A stretch of DNA of 64,000 nucleotides, taken from positions 352,001-416,000 of the forward strand of contig CAVWIP010000008.1 in assembly GCA_963755125.1 (NCBI GenBank). The letters run 5' to 3'. Below the pieces are notes generated by a model. The model was not told where the DNA came from, made no database searches, and saw only the letters and a program-made list of their open reading frames with translations. Made by a program: the position numbers and the translations under genes. The stretch comes from an uncultured delta proteobacterium. GTDB lineage: Bacteria > Myxococcota_A > Polyangia > Fen-1088. Positions 38,424 to 48,806 of the stretch are shown one piece after another (the first letter of the stretch is position 1; each line of letters begins with the position of its first letter).

Positions 38424-40553
38424 ATGATCAAGGACGCAGCACTGAGCCCTGGATCGATCTTGGTGGTCCTGTGTACCGTTGCCTTGGCTAGCCTCTTTGC
38501 TTGTACCAACAGCAAGTCTGGCGCGTCGGCCGATGCTGCGGGGCTGGGCGGAGCAGTGGACGCGGGTGGAAATTCGGCCGCGGGCGGAATGACCTCGACC
38601 GGAGGAGCCGCCGCCATTGCCGGTAGGATGGCTACTGGTGGCAGCAGCGGAACCAGTGGAGTCACCGCCGCCGGAGGATCCTCCATCGGTGGTGGCAACA
38701 CGGGTGGCGGCGAGAGCAGTGGAATGGGTGGGCTCTCCGCTAGTGGTGGGGCGAATTCGACCGGCGGCAACACGGTTAGTGGCGGCAGCAGTGGGCGCGA
38801 CGGTGGCACTGGCTCGCCAGATGGCCCATCAACTGGCGACGGGCCTGCGAGCATCGACGGCCCTGCGAGCAGCGGGGATGCTGGCCCGGCGTTCCAGCTT
38901 CAGACTCCCAATCCGCTGTCGGTATCACCGGTCCTCGATCCGACGCATGCCACGGTCGCAGTCATCACTGCCACCGCAGGGGGATCGATCACAGCCACCG
39001 CGGCCGACGGCACCATCTATATTTTGGCCATCCCGGCCGATGCCCTGCTCTTCGATACGGAGATCACGCTCACGCCCGTGACCAGCATCGGCGGCCTTCC
39101 GTTCAGTGGCGGGCTTCAGGCTGCGGTACAGATTGCACCGGATGGTCTATATCTCTACCAAGTCGCGACTCTCAGCATCGCGCCTGCGACTGCGGTCCTG
39201 TCCAGCAAACAGATCGGATTTGGCTACTACGGCAGCGGCACGGAGTTCCATCTGGAGGCGCTGACCACAACCGGGCTCGTCTTCGGGATCCAGCACTTCT
39301 CTGGATACGGTGCTGGCCTCGGGACCGCCGCCGACGTGAGCCAGCAGGAACTGCGTCCGCCCACCGCGCCGCTGGATCAGCTCGTGCAAGTCATTGCACA
39401 GCCGCTTTTCCTCGAGCGCCCGGCCACGATCGAACCAGATCCGCCACCTCTCCCCTCAGGCGTGGGCATCACGGAGGTCGCTGATGCGTACTACGAAGAC
39501 GACCTGTTGCCAGACGCTGAAGACGCGCTGGCATCCGGCGATCCCGCCAGCATTATCGCTTTGCTTCCAGATGTCACCCATTTCGCCCAAGAATGCCAAC
39601 AGATCGAGGACAACCCGACGATGATGGCTGCCCTTGACCTCGCAGACACAATGATCGACCAGTACGCCAACCTTGCAGATACGGATGTCGTAGCGGAATG
39701 CAACGCACTCTCGCCCTCGGAACTAAGTGGGTACCAAGCCAACAGCGTGAGGCTGTCGCGCCTCTATCAGAGCACTGGCATGCCACAGACCCAGACAACC
39801 GCGGATGTGAACAGGTTTATTACGGACCTTGCCACGTGCGAGATCTGCCCAAGCGGGTGCACAACCGGAACGCAGACCACTTGCTGTCAAAAGGGCTGCG
39901 TCGATCTCACGTCGGACCCCAATAACTGCGGTTTGTGCTCCAATGCATGTTCGAGTCAGCAACCGGCGTGCTGCTACGGAATTTGTCGCAACACCAGTTC
40001 GGATCCCAATAACTGTGGGGGGTGCGGCCATACTTGCAACGCTGGCGAGACGTGCACAGCCGGAGTCTGCGGCACCGCGGGCGGATATGTTTGCATCGGA
40101 GGCATTGGCCTGATGGGCACGCCGCTGGTCGGGGCATCGCCGATCGGGACTCTCACAGTGACGATCAACGGCACAAAGACCACCTTGCCCATCTGTCCCG
40201 GGTTCGGTCGATGCGGGGTCGGCACATATGATTTGACTATCACGGCGGTGGTAGGCACGGGGGAGTCGGTCGCGGTCGACGTGTACGAACCCACGACGGG
40301 GTCCTTTCCTGCCAACAACACGACTGGTTTATCCAACTCGCTTTCGGTTACGCTCGCGAGCACTGGATCCACCATTGACTGCACAGACGTCCCGGGGGCC
40401 GGCGGAACCATCAACGTGAGCGCGTTCACCACCTCGACGGGTGGCACGGTCGCGGGCACCTTTTCGGGAACCGTCTCGGACTGCTCGAGTCAAGGTGGGG
40501 GGGCCACGGTGACCCTTGACGATGGCAGCTTCTCTTGCCAGGTGAACGAGTAG
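38424..40553 (+). CDS. Lipoprotein with Gly-rich linker, ZU5-like region and Stig1-like DPNNCG.C repeats
   Basis: LFAC lipobox; IPADAL...ITLT...QIAPDGL; HFSGYG; SDPNNCG x2. Confidence 0.8.
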   Translation: MIKDAALSPGSILVVLCTVALASLFACTNSKSGASADAAGLGGAVDAGGNSAAGGMTSTGGAAAIAGRMATGGSSGTSGVTAAGGSSIGGGNTGGGESSGMGGLSASGGANSTGGNTVSGGSSGRDGGTGSPDGPSTGDGPASIDGPASSGDAGPAFQLQTPNPLSVSPVLDPTHATVAVITATAGGSITATAADGTIYILAIPADALLFDTEITLTPVTSIGGLPFSGGLQAAVQIAPDGLYLYQVATLSIAPATAVLSSKQIGFGYYGSGTEFHLEALTTTGLVFGIQHFSGYGAGLGTAADVSQQELRPPTAPLDQLVQVIAQPLFLERPATIEPDPPPLPSGVGITEVADAYYEDDLLPDAEDALASGDPASIIALLPDVTHFAQECQQIEDNPTMMAALDLADTMIDQYANLADTDVVAECNALSPSELSGYQANSVRLSRLYQSTGMPQTQTTADVNRFITDLATCEICPSGCTTGTQTTCCQKGCVDLTSDPNNCGLCSNACSSQQPACCYGICRNTSSDPNNCGGCGHTCNAGETCTAGVCGTAGGYVCIGGIGLMGTPLVGASPIGTLTVTINGTKTTLPICPGFGRCGVGTYDLTITAVVGTGESVAVDVYEPTTGSFPANNTTGLSNSLSVTLASTGSTIDCTDVPGAGGTINVSAFTTSTGGTVAGTFSGTVSDCSSQGGGATVTLDDGSFSCQVNE

Positions 40554-40728
40554 CTCGCTACCGAGGACTCCAGGCGCTGACGCCGTAGCAACCGGATTCT
40601 CGTCTTGATGAGCGACGACTGCGTGGGGAGCATGCAAGAGGAGGACAGAGGACCTTCCTCGACTACCACCGCAACTTTGTTCTGCTGAAGGCGGCCCGGC
40701 AGCCAGTCGTCGTCGGGCTGCTCAGTAT

Positions 40729-40823
40729 CCGAGTTAGCTTTGGAAAATGGGTCCCCTATGATCTGCGTGCCCACCATCATCCGTGCACCAGGGGCCAGAA
40801 ATGTCAACGGCGGCGGGAAAAAT
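40729..40823 (+). repeat. Conserved non-coding motif, long copy
   Basis: GTTAGCTTTGGAAAATGGGTCCCCT...CCCAC...CCAGGG...GGCGGGAAAAAT; similar to 51937 and 56935. Confidence 0.75.
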
Positions 40824-41173
40824 GCGAGCTACTTGATCCAGAACGCCGGTGACGCAGGATTTCCGGCCAACTTGAACATAATTCGGTGCGCCCCAGATCA
40901 TGGTGTCGGTGGTCCCGGCCACGTGAACAGGGGCACCTGGGACGACTGGGGGAGCTGTCTTCGATGCGGCCGGAAATGGCAAGAGGTGCTGATCATCCCA
41001 TCCACCAGCAACACGACCAGCGTGCCGGTGGCGGCGGAGAAGGTGATGTGGATGGACTCCGCCGGATTTGAGCGCGGCCACACACATCACTTGCCAGTGC
41101 TTGCGAAAAACGGCGTACGGCGGGATGCTGTGGCGGAAAACAGGGTTGGGCAGATGAAGGGGGCTTGGCAAAG

Positions 41174-41632
41174 ATGATTGGCTGGCGGAAATACATCGTG
41201 ATCGCCATCGGCGCGGTGGCCAGTTGCATCTTGTGCTTACCGTGCAGAGCCGCGGATCGATGCCACACGGCCGAGGCTGGAATCGCGAGTTTCAAGTCGT
41301 GGCCCGCAATCGCGGATTGGTACAGCCGCTTCTCCAGGTGTGATGACGGCTGTGTGGCGGAAAATCTTGACCGCCGCATTGTATCCATGCTCGCAAACGA
41401 CTGGCAGTCGGTTTCCGAACTTCATGACTTGAGCGAGAAGCAGGCCAGATTCAAGCGCTTCGTCCTGAAGCACCTCGGAGGCGACGCCGAAACCAAACAG
41501 TTGCGAAAGGTGCGAGCGAACGCACGGTCGTCGTGTCCGACGGGGCTCAAGACGTTCTGCCGCGAGATCGTCACGGCTGCCTCGCACGGACTTGCGGAGC
41601 AAGCGCAGGCAGAGAAGTCCGCGAAGGACTGA
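41174..41632 (+). CDS. Secreted Cys-containing protein resembling polymorphic-toxin immunity proteins; gene-cassette-like
   Basis: Signal peptide; CDDG.VAE...W...F..FVLKHL...CP.GL..FC. Confidence 0.65.
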   Translation: MIGWRKYIVIAIGAVASCILCLPCRAADRCHTAEAGIASFKSWPAIADWYSRFSRCDDGCVAENLDRRIVSMLANDWQSVSELHDLSEKQARFKRFVLKHLGGDAETKQLRKVRANARSSCPTGLKTFCREIVTAASHGLAEQAQAEKSAKD

Positions 41633-41649
41633 TCCGCGATGGCACTGCC

Positions 41650-41751
41650 GTCCAACACGCCGACAAACGTGACGATCCTGCCAAGAGGACATCGTAGTAC
41701 AATCGACCCGCCGATTCGTGCGGCCGTTTCCAGGTTATCAGTAGGTTGGCT
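41650..41751 (+). other. Degenerate integron attC-like site
   Basis: GTCCAAC (RYYYAAC) 17 bp after the stop; AAACGTGAC / CAGGTTATC L-box-like pair; terminal GTTGG; GTTGGGC upstream of the gene at 41145. Confidence 0.6.
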
Positions 41752-41777
41752 GCCAGCCACACGTCGCGACCCAAACC

Positions 41778-42314
41778 ATGTGTGCGAACGACACCTTCAA
41801 AGTGTTGAACCAGAGTGCCTGGGATTGCATACACGCCAAGGAGTTCCAGCAAGCCGAGGTGTATGTCCGTCGGCTGATCGAAGCGGAAGAGAGCGAGCCC
41901 GGTGAGCCTGACAGGTTGTGGTATCTGCTCGGGTTCCTTGCGAACATCCTCGGCAGTCTCCTCCGCTTTGACGAGGCCACCGAGATGCGTCGCCGACAAC
42001 TCGCGGAGGCGCGAGAACGCGCGCTGTCAGAGTCAGCAGTACGTGTGTCACGATACATGCTCGCGAACCAGCTACTTCTCCACGGCGAGCCGGAAGAGGC
42101 ATTGGCCGAAGCGGAGCCAGTTCCAGCAGGAAACGGACACTTGCAATGTCTTCTGCACTCGGTGGCCGCTCAAGCATACTGGAAGCTCTCCCACCGTGAA
42201 AAGGCCGCCGAGGCTGCTCGGAAGGCGCTTGAGACATCTCCGACACAAGATCGCCGGACGGAACTTGTCCAGCAGCTTGTGCACATCTTGGACGCTGGCA
42301 AACTCACGCCCTGA
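41778..42314 (+). CDS. TPR-like protein
   Basis: Helical repeat pattern (LANILGSL.RFDEA; AAQAYWKL...AAEAARKALE). Confidence 0.65.
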   Translation: MCANDTFKVLNQSAWDCIHAKEFQQAEVYVRRLIEAEESEPGEPDRLWYLLGFLANILGSLLRFDEATEMRRRQLAEARERALSESAVRVSRYMLANQLLLHGEPEEALAEAEPVPAGNGHLQCLLHSVAAQAYWKLSHREKAAEAARKALETSPTQDRRTELVQQLVHILDAGKLTP

Positions 42315-43086
42315 AACCGACGGCGAAAGAGAAGTGAAGAAATGATTCATGCGGCGGTTCCCCGGACACTTCCTGGTTGGCATTCCCAGCAGCACAAATG
42401 GTCCATGAAAAGTGGCGGCGGGAAAACACGAGGCAACGAATGCCATATCCAGCAACTCCATGTCCCCCGGTTCTGTAGATGTCGGTCTACACCGCCCAGC
42501 CCAACTCCTGCGTCCTCCCTCGGTCACTGATGATGGCAACAAGATCTTGTGTGTTGCCGGCAGCACCTGCTGAAGCATCATGTGGCGGCGGGGAAAGGAT
42601 CTAGTGTGGCATCAGCCAGCAACGATCTTTGTGCTCGACCAAGCTGCTGTTCGATCTGACCAGACCCGCTCTTGATGACCTGAACATGGGTCCTGCTCTT
42701 GTAACGCAGCAAGCGACTGGCTCTTGTACGCGGGGAAGAGAAGATGAATAATTGCCAACAGATACAGCTACCCCTCCCGCAGATTTCAGGTCTCGCCTTA
42801 TATAAGATAAGGCGACAGTCGGAAAGTGCGGGAGCCCTGTAGTCCCCTTCTCCCGCGTACAAAGCCAGACCACCTGGGTCCTGCCCTCGAAGTCCGACAA
42901 GAACGGCGGAGAAACAGGAACAAGATGATCATGGCGATGCCGTTCGGTCCACTTGATCCGAAGATGGCGATGCTCTTGGCCCCATGATCATCCACCTGTT
43001 TTCTCTCCGGCTGTTTCCAGATACACTGCCCCGGGATGGGTGATAGAGCATTTATGGTTACTGCGTTACGTGCTTCTGGAGGCACC

Positions 43087-44229
43087 ATGTTGAAGCGTGT
43101 GTGTCGTGTGTCTGGGAAGTTGATCGTGCTGTCCATGTTGGTCATCACCATGGGTGCAGGTGGGTGCACAGGCAGTGGACTTCGGATCGGAACCACTGCA
43201 GGTACGACCAGTTCCACCGCAGGTGCAACCGTAGATGTGACCAGCACCACCGGGGGAACCACCGGCACCATCGGAAACACAGGTGGAGGAAGCACGACCA
43301 GCACCACCGTAGGCGGCGGCTCAACCATCGCGCTAATTGGAGACGATGGAATGTGCGGTGGCCAACCCTGTCCTCAGGGCCAACAATGCTGCTTCAGCAC
43401 CGGACGCTGTGTGGCACCGAGCAATGTCACCAGCGATTGTCCGACACCTAAGCCAGTGCCCGCGGTCTGCGGCGGGGTGACATGCCCCTCCGGACAGATT
43501 TGCTGTTTGGTCGGCGGAAACTGCATCGATCCATCTACCGCCGGAACGAGTTGTCCGAAACCAAGTGCGACGTCGAGTGGTACCGATGCGGGTCTTGGTA
43601 GCACCTCACTTTCGTGCGCATCCAACGCGGATTGTCTCCCGACTCAGTTCTGCACCCAGCCCCCAGGGTCACTTCTTTGTCTAGGACCGGGGATCTGCCA
43701 ATCCCGTTCGAATTGCGGCTTTAGCTCGGGAACTACCACGAAATTCTGCGGGTGCGATGGGGTTAACTACCCGAGTGTTCAGGCGGCGTGCGTAGTCGGC
43801 GTGAGTCTCATGATTGGTTCACCTACACCTTGCGGCACCACGGTCAATCCAACACCAACGCCTGGCAGTCCACGTGTTGCCGTGACTTATTGTGGAGGAA
43901 GTGACCAATGTCCCACAGGGCAGCAATGCTGTTCCATCACTGGCCGCTGCTACGATCCTAGTGTGCCCTATCTATGTACGTTACCCCCTCCCGGCACGAC
44001 GATCTCGTGTGTCGATGATAGTCAATGTACCACTGTCGAGTTCTGCTCGGGCTCGGGGTGCTCTGGCCCCGGTGGATGTCTCGGCTTCGGGTCGGGCGAT
44101 TGCGGTGGCGAACTGAGCCCTGTTTGCGGATGCGACGGAAATTCCTACACCAACGCGGGCTGCGCGGTCGCGGTAGGCGTTCGTATCGCACACGATGGTG
44201 TCTGCGAAGGCGCAGACGCAGGACCCTGA
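43087..44229 (+). CDS. Cys-rich lipoprotein with Kazal-like motifs
   Basis: AGGC lipobox; CGCDGVNYPS and PVCGCDGNSYTNAGC. Confidence 0.85.
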   Translation: MLKRVCRVSGKLIVLSMLVITMGAGGCTGSGLRIGTTAGTTSSTAGATVDVTSTTGGTTGTIGNTGGGSTTSTTVGGGSTIALIGDDGMCGGQPCPQGQQCCFSTGRCVAPSNVTSDCPTPKPVPAVCGGVTCPSGQICCLVGGNCIDPSTAGTSCPKPSATSSGTDAGLGSTSLSCASNADCLPTQFCTQPPGSLLCLGPGICQSRSNCGFSSGTTTKFCGCDGVNYPSVQAACVVGVSLMIGSPTPCGTTVNPTPTPGSPRVAVTYCGGSDQCPTGQQCCSITGRCYDPSVPYLCTLPPPGTTISCVDDSQCTTVEFCSGSGCSGPGGCLGFGSGDCGGELSPVCGCDGNSYTNAGCAVAVGVRIAHDGVCEGADAGP

Positions 44230-45285
44230 ACGCGCAGTGTCCCCGACAATTCACCCTTGCTGCGGCGACAGTGTTTTTTTGTCTGCACCCGAACAGCCAC
44301 CGTAGACCTTGGCCGGAAACCTGGAGAAGACACCAGGAAGGTCACCGCTGTTTTTCTCTCCGGCTGTTTCCAGATACACTACCCAGGGTGGTTGATCGAG
44401 TGCCCGTGGCTGCTGTGAGGACGAGGACTTCCTCCTGCGCGTTCTGGCAGCCACCCAGTGATGCCGGAAGATGTGATTTCCATGGAGTAGCTCCCGGACC
44501 GACAAGAGCCAGGTCGCGAAGTAGCCTGCAATGCCTTTCCGGCCATCGCGGCGTCACCTGTCGAGCTTCAATCCTCGAAAGAGTCTACGCCTTTTCTTTT
44601 CCCGCCATTGCCTTTGTTCTTCCGCCTTCTGCCTCTGCTCAAGCTTTGCTCTGAACAACTTGATCTCGTCCTCCCGTCTCTTCTCCCATTGCCGACGTCG
44701 GATCAGATATCCCACCATTGCGGACGCCAGTACGCCGCCAATCAGGGCAATGGTCCACCCCGTGGCAATCACTGTACGTCCTCGGGGATGATGGAAGCAC
44801 GGTCGGACGCGTCCACGCAGAAGGCGGTGCCCAGATCATCCGCAGAGGGCTGCGATAAGAAGCCGACGGTCGTGTTGTCTTGTGACACGTGGCGCATAAT
44901 CTCCTCCCTTGTCCATGTTGGATGGTGAGAAACTCCCCAGCTCACAAGGGGCATCTGAGCAGCAAAGTGGGTCATTCAGGGCGGTCGAGGCGGATCACAG
45001 GCAGGCAACGATCAGCAGCCAGGTACACCATCGTCATGGGCACTTGATCCCAGGATGGCGATGTTCCTGGCCCCCGAGATCATCCAACATGGGGTCCGGT
45101 GGAAGAAGCACCAGAGACGACTGGGCTCGGCCAACATGATCTGACCCAGGACGCGATATGATAAACTCTGCCTATGGTTGGCGCAGTCGAGCAGCACGAC
45201 AGGATCGGGCCAGAAGTCTACCCGGTCCCGCTACCCAGTTCTGCCTCAGCTAGTTTAGGCAACGCCACGTTGGCTGGAGGTGAAG

Positions 45286-45852
45286 ATGAACAGCGCTCTC
45301 AGCACATTCCGACGGGTTCTGGTTTCTGTGGCGTTAGCGACGATCTTCTGCACGGACTGTAACAATGGAGAGGATTGCACCACGGGTAAGGCTTACTATG
45401 GCTCTGTTCCTCCGGCGGAGGGAACCGTGAGCTATGGGCAGCCGCCAGTCAGCCAGCCCTTCGGAGGTTCACCTGGACCGTCAGTCTACCAATGCATGCA
45501 AGCCCCGGATGCGTGTGCAAGCGTATCCTTTGGCTCTGACAGCGGAGCTTTCCCCATCGAAGTGACGGTCGCACCGTTACAAAACGGGCAGGTCATTACG
45601 TTGCCTTCTCCGGATGTGACGGTGACTGCATCACTCAATGACGCGTATGCTGGTATTCCCTATGACGGTGGGGCAGCGCGGGAAGCTCTCACCTTGGTTT
45701 CCGGCACGATCACAGTGACAGTCTCCCTCAACAACTTCGACGCCCATTTTGACATGACATTCACGAGACCTGACGGAGAGCCCGTAGTTATTCAGAATGG
45801 CCGCATGGCCATGCTCAATGCGACATGGACGGAGACCACGACCTGTTATTGA
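45286..45852 (+). CDS. Putative lipoprotein or secreted protein
   Basis: GGAGG RBS, hydrophobic N-terminus followed by Cys. Confidence 0.65.
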   Translation: MNSALSTFRRVLVSVALATIFCTDCNNGEDCTTGKAYYGSVPPAEGTVSYGQPPVSQPFGGSPGPSVYQCMQAPDACASVSFGSDSGAFPIEVTVAPLQNGQVITLPSPDVTVTASLNDAYAGIPYDGGAAREALTLVSGTITVTVSLNNFDAHFDMTFTRPDGEPVVIQNGRMAMLNATWTETTTCY

Positions 45853-46087
45853 TGCTCAAATAGCGCCGCTACTGTCGGGTCAGGACCATGGTTCCCTGTG
45901 AGACGCCCGCCCCATTGCTCGGGACGAGAGCCACAGTGATCTGGTTGCCTGAAACGCAGTAGGGGTCTTCGATAGGGGATGATCCGTTGTCGGGTTGGAA
46001 GGTCAGCGTGTCACCCATCGCGCCCGCGCCAGGGTGAGCAGGCACAGCAGTGCCGGCTGCTCTGTGGCACCTCGTAGACAGTTTCCG

Positions 46088-48016
46088 CTACGGCTGACCA
46101 ACAAGCACGTCACGCACTTTGGCAATCAACTCGCCACTTGTGTACGGCTTCTGGATGAAGCCCGCCAGACCTTTGCCGGCGAATAGGTTGACAACGTCTT
46201 GTTCGTTGTAGCCCGAGCTGAGGATTACCTTTACCTCCGGCTTCATCAGGCGCAGCTCGCGAAAGCATGCCTCACCATCGAGATGGGGCATGGTGAGATC
46301 GAGAATGACCAAATCCACCTCGGCCATGACCTGCTTGAAAATCTCGACCGCCTGGCGGCCATCTTCAGCAGCGAGGACGGTGAATCCCGCCCGTTCGAGC
46401 ATGCGTCGAGTCAGATTGCGCACGGTCTCCTCGTCGTCGACCACGAGGATCTGGCCATGACCTTTCCATGCTCGGGTGCCGGTTGCTGCGCTCGCACCCG
46501 CCCGCGCCGGTGTCTCGGCGGCCGGGAAGAGCAATCTAAAGGTTGTCCCGCGGCCGACCTCGCTGTAGACCTTGATGGCACCCTTGTGGCCGCGCACGAT
46601 GCCCAGCACTGCGGCCAGGCCCAAGCCGCGGCCGGTGAACTTTGTAGTGAAAAAAGGATCGAAGATGCGATCCTGGGTTGCCTTATCCATGCCGTGCCCG
46701 GTATCCGCCACTTCGACATAGACGAAATCGCCGGGCTGGATGGCGTCAGCGGCAAAGCAGGTCTTGAGATAGGCGGCGTCGCAATAGGCTAGGCCTGTTG
46801 TCACGGAAATGACACCGCTGCGATCACCGATGGCTTCCGAGGCGTTGAGGATGAGGTTCATGATGGTCTGCCGCATCTGAGTGGCGTCGGCCTCGATTGC
46901 GGGTAGGTCCTTGGCGAAGTGGTACTTGAGTACGACCTTCTTGCTGATGCTGACTGACAGCAGGTGTCCCATCTCCTGCACCAGTTCCTGAAGGTCGAGT
47001 GGCTGCACCAGGAAGCGGCCCTTGCCGCTGTAGGCGAGGAGCTGCCGGCACAGCTCCGCCGCACGCCGGGCTGCGGTCTCGATGGCTTGCAGGCTCTCGC
47101 GCGCCGGCGCGACCGGAGACAGTTCAGCTAGCGCTAGATCGGCATTGCCCAGGACGCCGGTCAGCAGGTTGTTGAAGTCATGCGCGATGCCGCCGGCCAA
47201 TACGCCCAGGCTCTCCAGTTTTTGAGTGTGCAGCACCTGTTGCTCCAGGTTGCGCTTCTCGGTGATGTCCTGCCCTCCTGTCAGAATGAGCGTCCGCTCG
47301 CCCATATCCACCCTGCGCGCCGAGACGCGCATGACGGCGACCGTGCCGTCCTTGCGCCGAAGCCGCGCTTCAATGCCATCGACCTGCCCCTCGCGCACGA
47401 GCTCGGCGTACATGGACTCACGCAGTCTCGGGTCGCTCCACAACCCGATCTCGTCCGGGCTGTGTCCGACGAGTTCTGCCTGGGTGTAGCCCGCAACCCT
47501 GCAGAATGCCTCGTTGCAGTTCAGCCAGAGACCGTCGACTGAGGAGATGGTGAGAGGATCGGGCGCGAAATCGAAGACCTTGCGGAATCGCTCCTCGCTC
47601 TTGCGCAGGGCCCGTTCGTGACGCTTCTGTTCCGACACGTCGAAGAAGATGGTGGCGAAGAGGCCCGGACCGAGCGGTACGATGCTGATAACGAAGTGAC
47701 GGTCCAGCGCCGGGGTGTAGACGTCCATCCTGGACGCCCGGCCAGACAGGGCCACGGCGGAGAACTCGGCCAGGTAGGGAGCCTCGGGCGTGCCATAGGC
47801 TTCAGTGGCTCGCCTGCCGACGACTTGTTTCGGCGGGAGGCCCGTGCACCCTTGATACTGCGGATTTACCGCGAGGATGCAGTAGTCGACCGGCTTGCCG
47901 GAGGCGTCGCACACGAGTTCGTGCAGAGCCACCCCCTCGGCCATGTGGCGAAAGAGCGAAGCCAGAAGCCTCTCGGCGTCGATCTTCAGGTTGGGCATGA
48001 AGCTGCGGTCGTCCAT
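46088..48016 (-). CDS. PAS-PAS hybrid sensor histidine kinase / response regulator (CckA-like)
   Basis: GGIAHDFNN, NLILNASEA, DTGHG, FFTTKFTGRGLGL, VVDDE, DLTMP, QKPY. Confidence 0.95.
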   Translation of the reverse strand: MDDRSFMPNLKIDAERLLASLFRHMAEGVALHELVCDASGKPVDYCILAVNPQYQGCTGLPPKQVVGRRATEAYGTPEAPYLAEFSAVALSGRASRMDVYTPALDRHFVISIVPLGPGLFATIFFDVSEQKRHERALRKSEERFRKVFDFAPDPLTISSVDGLWLNCNEAFCRVAGYTQAELVGHSPDEIGLWSDPRLRESMYAELVREGQVDGIEARLRRKDGTVAVMRVSARRVDMGERTLILTGGQDITEKRNLEQQVLHTQKLESLGVLAGGIAHDFNNLLTGVLGNADLALAELSPVAPARESLQAIETAARRAAELCRQLLAYSGKGRFLVQPLDLQELVQEMGHLLSVSISKKVVLKYHFAKDLPAIEADATQMRQTIMNLILNASEAIGDRSGVISVTTGLAYCDAAYLKTCFAADAIQPGDFVYVEVADTGHGMDKATQDRIFDPFFTTKFTGRGLGLAAVLGIVRGHKGAIKVYSEVGRGTTFRLLFPAAETPARAGASAATGTRAWKGHGQILVVDDEETVRNLTRRMLERAGFTVLAAEDGRQAVEIFKQVMAEVDLVILDLTMPHLDGEACFRELRLMKPEVKVILSSGYNEQDVVNLFAGKGLAGFIQKPYTSGELIAKVRDVLVGQP

Positions 48017-48273
48017 TCGGCCTCCGATTCGACGACTGACCCCACCGACTACGGCCGCCGTCGTGGGTGACATCCTACCACTCGCGAACGGGAGTCGGAG
48101 AAGAGTCATGCGCGCCGTCGTCCTGTTCTTCCGCGAACTGCGGGGGCGCTACCCCGTGAGCCGGTGACGTCGTTTGCTCGAAATCCCATCGGCAAAGTAG
48201 CTCAAGGCCGTTGGTGCCGGTACTGTTCACCTTGTGAAGATCGCGGAAAGGTGTAAAAGCCGAAACCGTATCC

Positions 48274-48597
48274 ATGACCAAAGCCGACCTCATCTCCATA
48301 ATCGCCGACAAGCTCAAGTTCCCTCGGGCTCGTGCGGAGCTGCTGGTCGATGTGGTCTTCGGCTGCATGGAGCAGTCAATGAGTCGCGGCGAAAAGATCG
48401 AAATTCGAGGCTTCGGCAACTTCACCGTGCGCCAGTACCGCGCCTACGACGGTCGCAACCCGCGCACAGGTGCAACCGTCCCCGTCAAGCCCAAGCGTCT
48501 GGCTTTCTTCAAGGTGGGCAAGGAGATGCGGAAGCGGGTGAACGATGGGCTGCGGCCGACAGAGGCAGCAGCGGCTGAGCCGGGCAAGGTGGCCTAG
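48274..48597 (+). CDS. ihfB: Integration host factor beta-like / HU family protein
   Basis: IEIRGFGNF...GRNPRTG...FFKVGKEMRKRVN. Confidence 0.85.
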   Translation: MTKADLISIIADKLKFPRARAELLVDVVFGCMEQSMSRGEKIEIRGFGNFTVRQYRAYDGRNPRTGATVPVKPKRLAFFKVGKEMRKRVNDGLRPTEAAAAEPGKVA

Positions 48598-48806
48598 AAC
48601 GGGACGGTCAACAGCCCGATATCTACGGGGCTGTCAGCCATCCATGCTTCGGTGCGCAAGAGGCACTCATGACGACAGGGCTGCCTGCCAACCATCAGAA
48701 TTCTGAGGGTAGTCGTCCATGATCTGGCTTGTTCCCCGGCCAGCGGAGAGACTCGCCCTTGGCCTTGAACTTGCTGATAACCTGCTCACTTGATCTGGAG
48801 GTAGCC

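Noticed and set aside
40740..41177. Toxin gene upstream of the immunity-like gene
   Set aside because: The ORF overlaps the non-coding motif, has no toxin signature and crosses the cassette boundary at 41145.
42330..42950. Possible genes here and at 1230-1800, 12470-12940, 44400-45000
   Set aside because: Only short or interrupted frames with no recognisable motifs.
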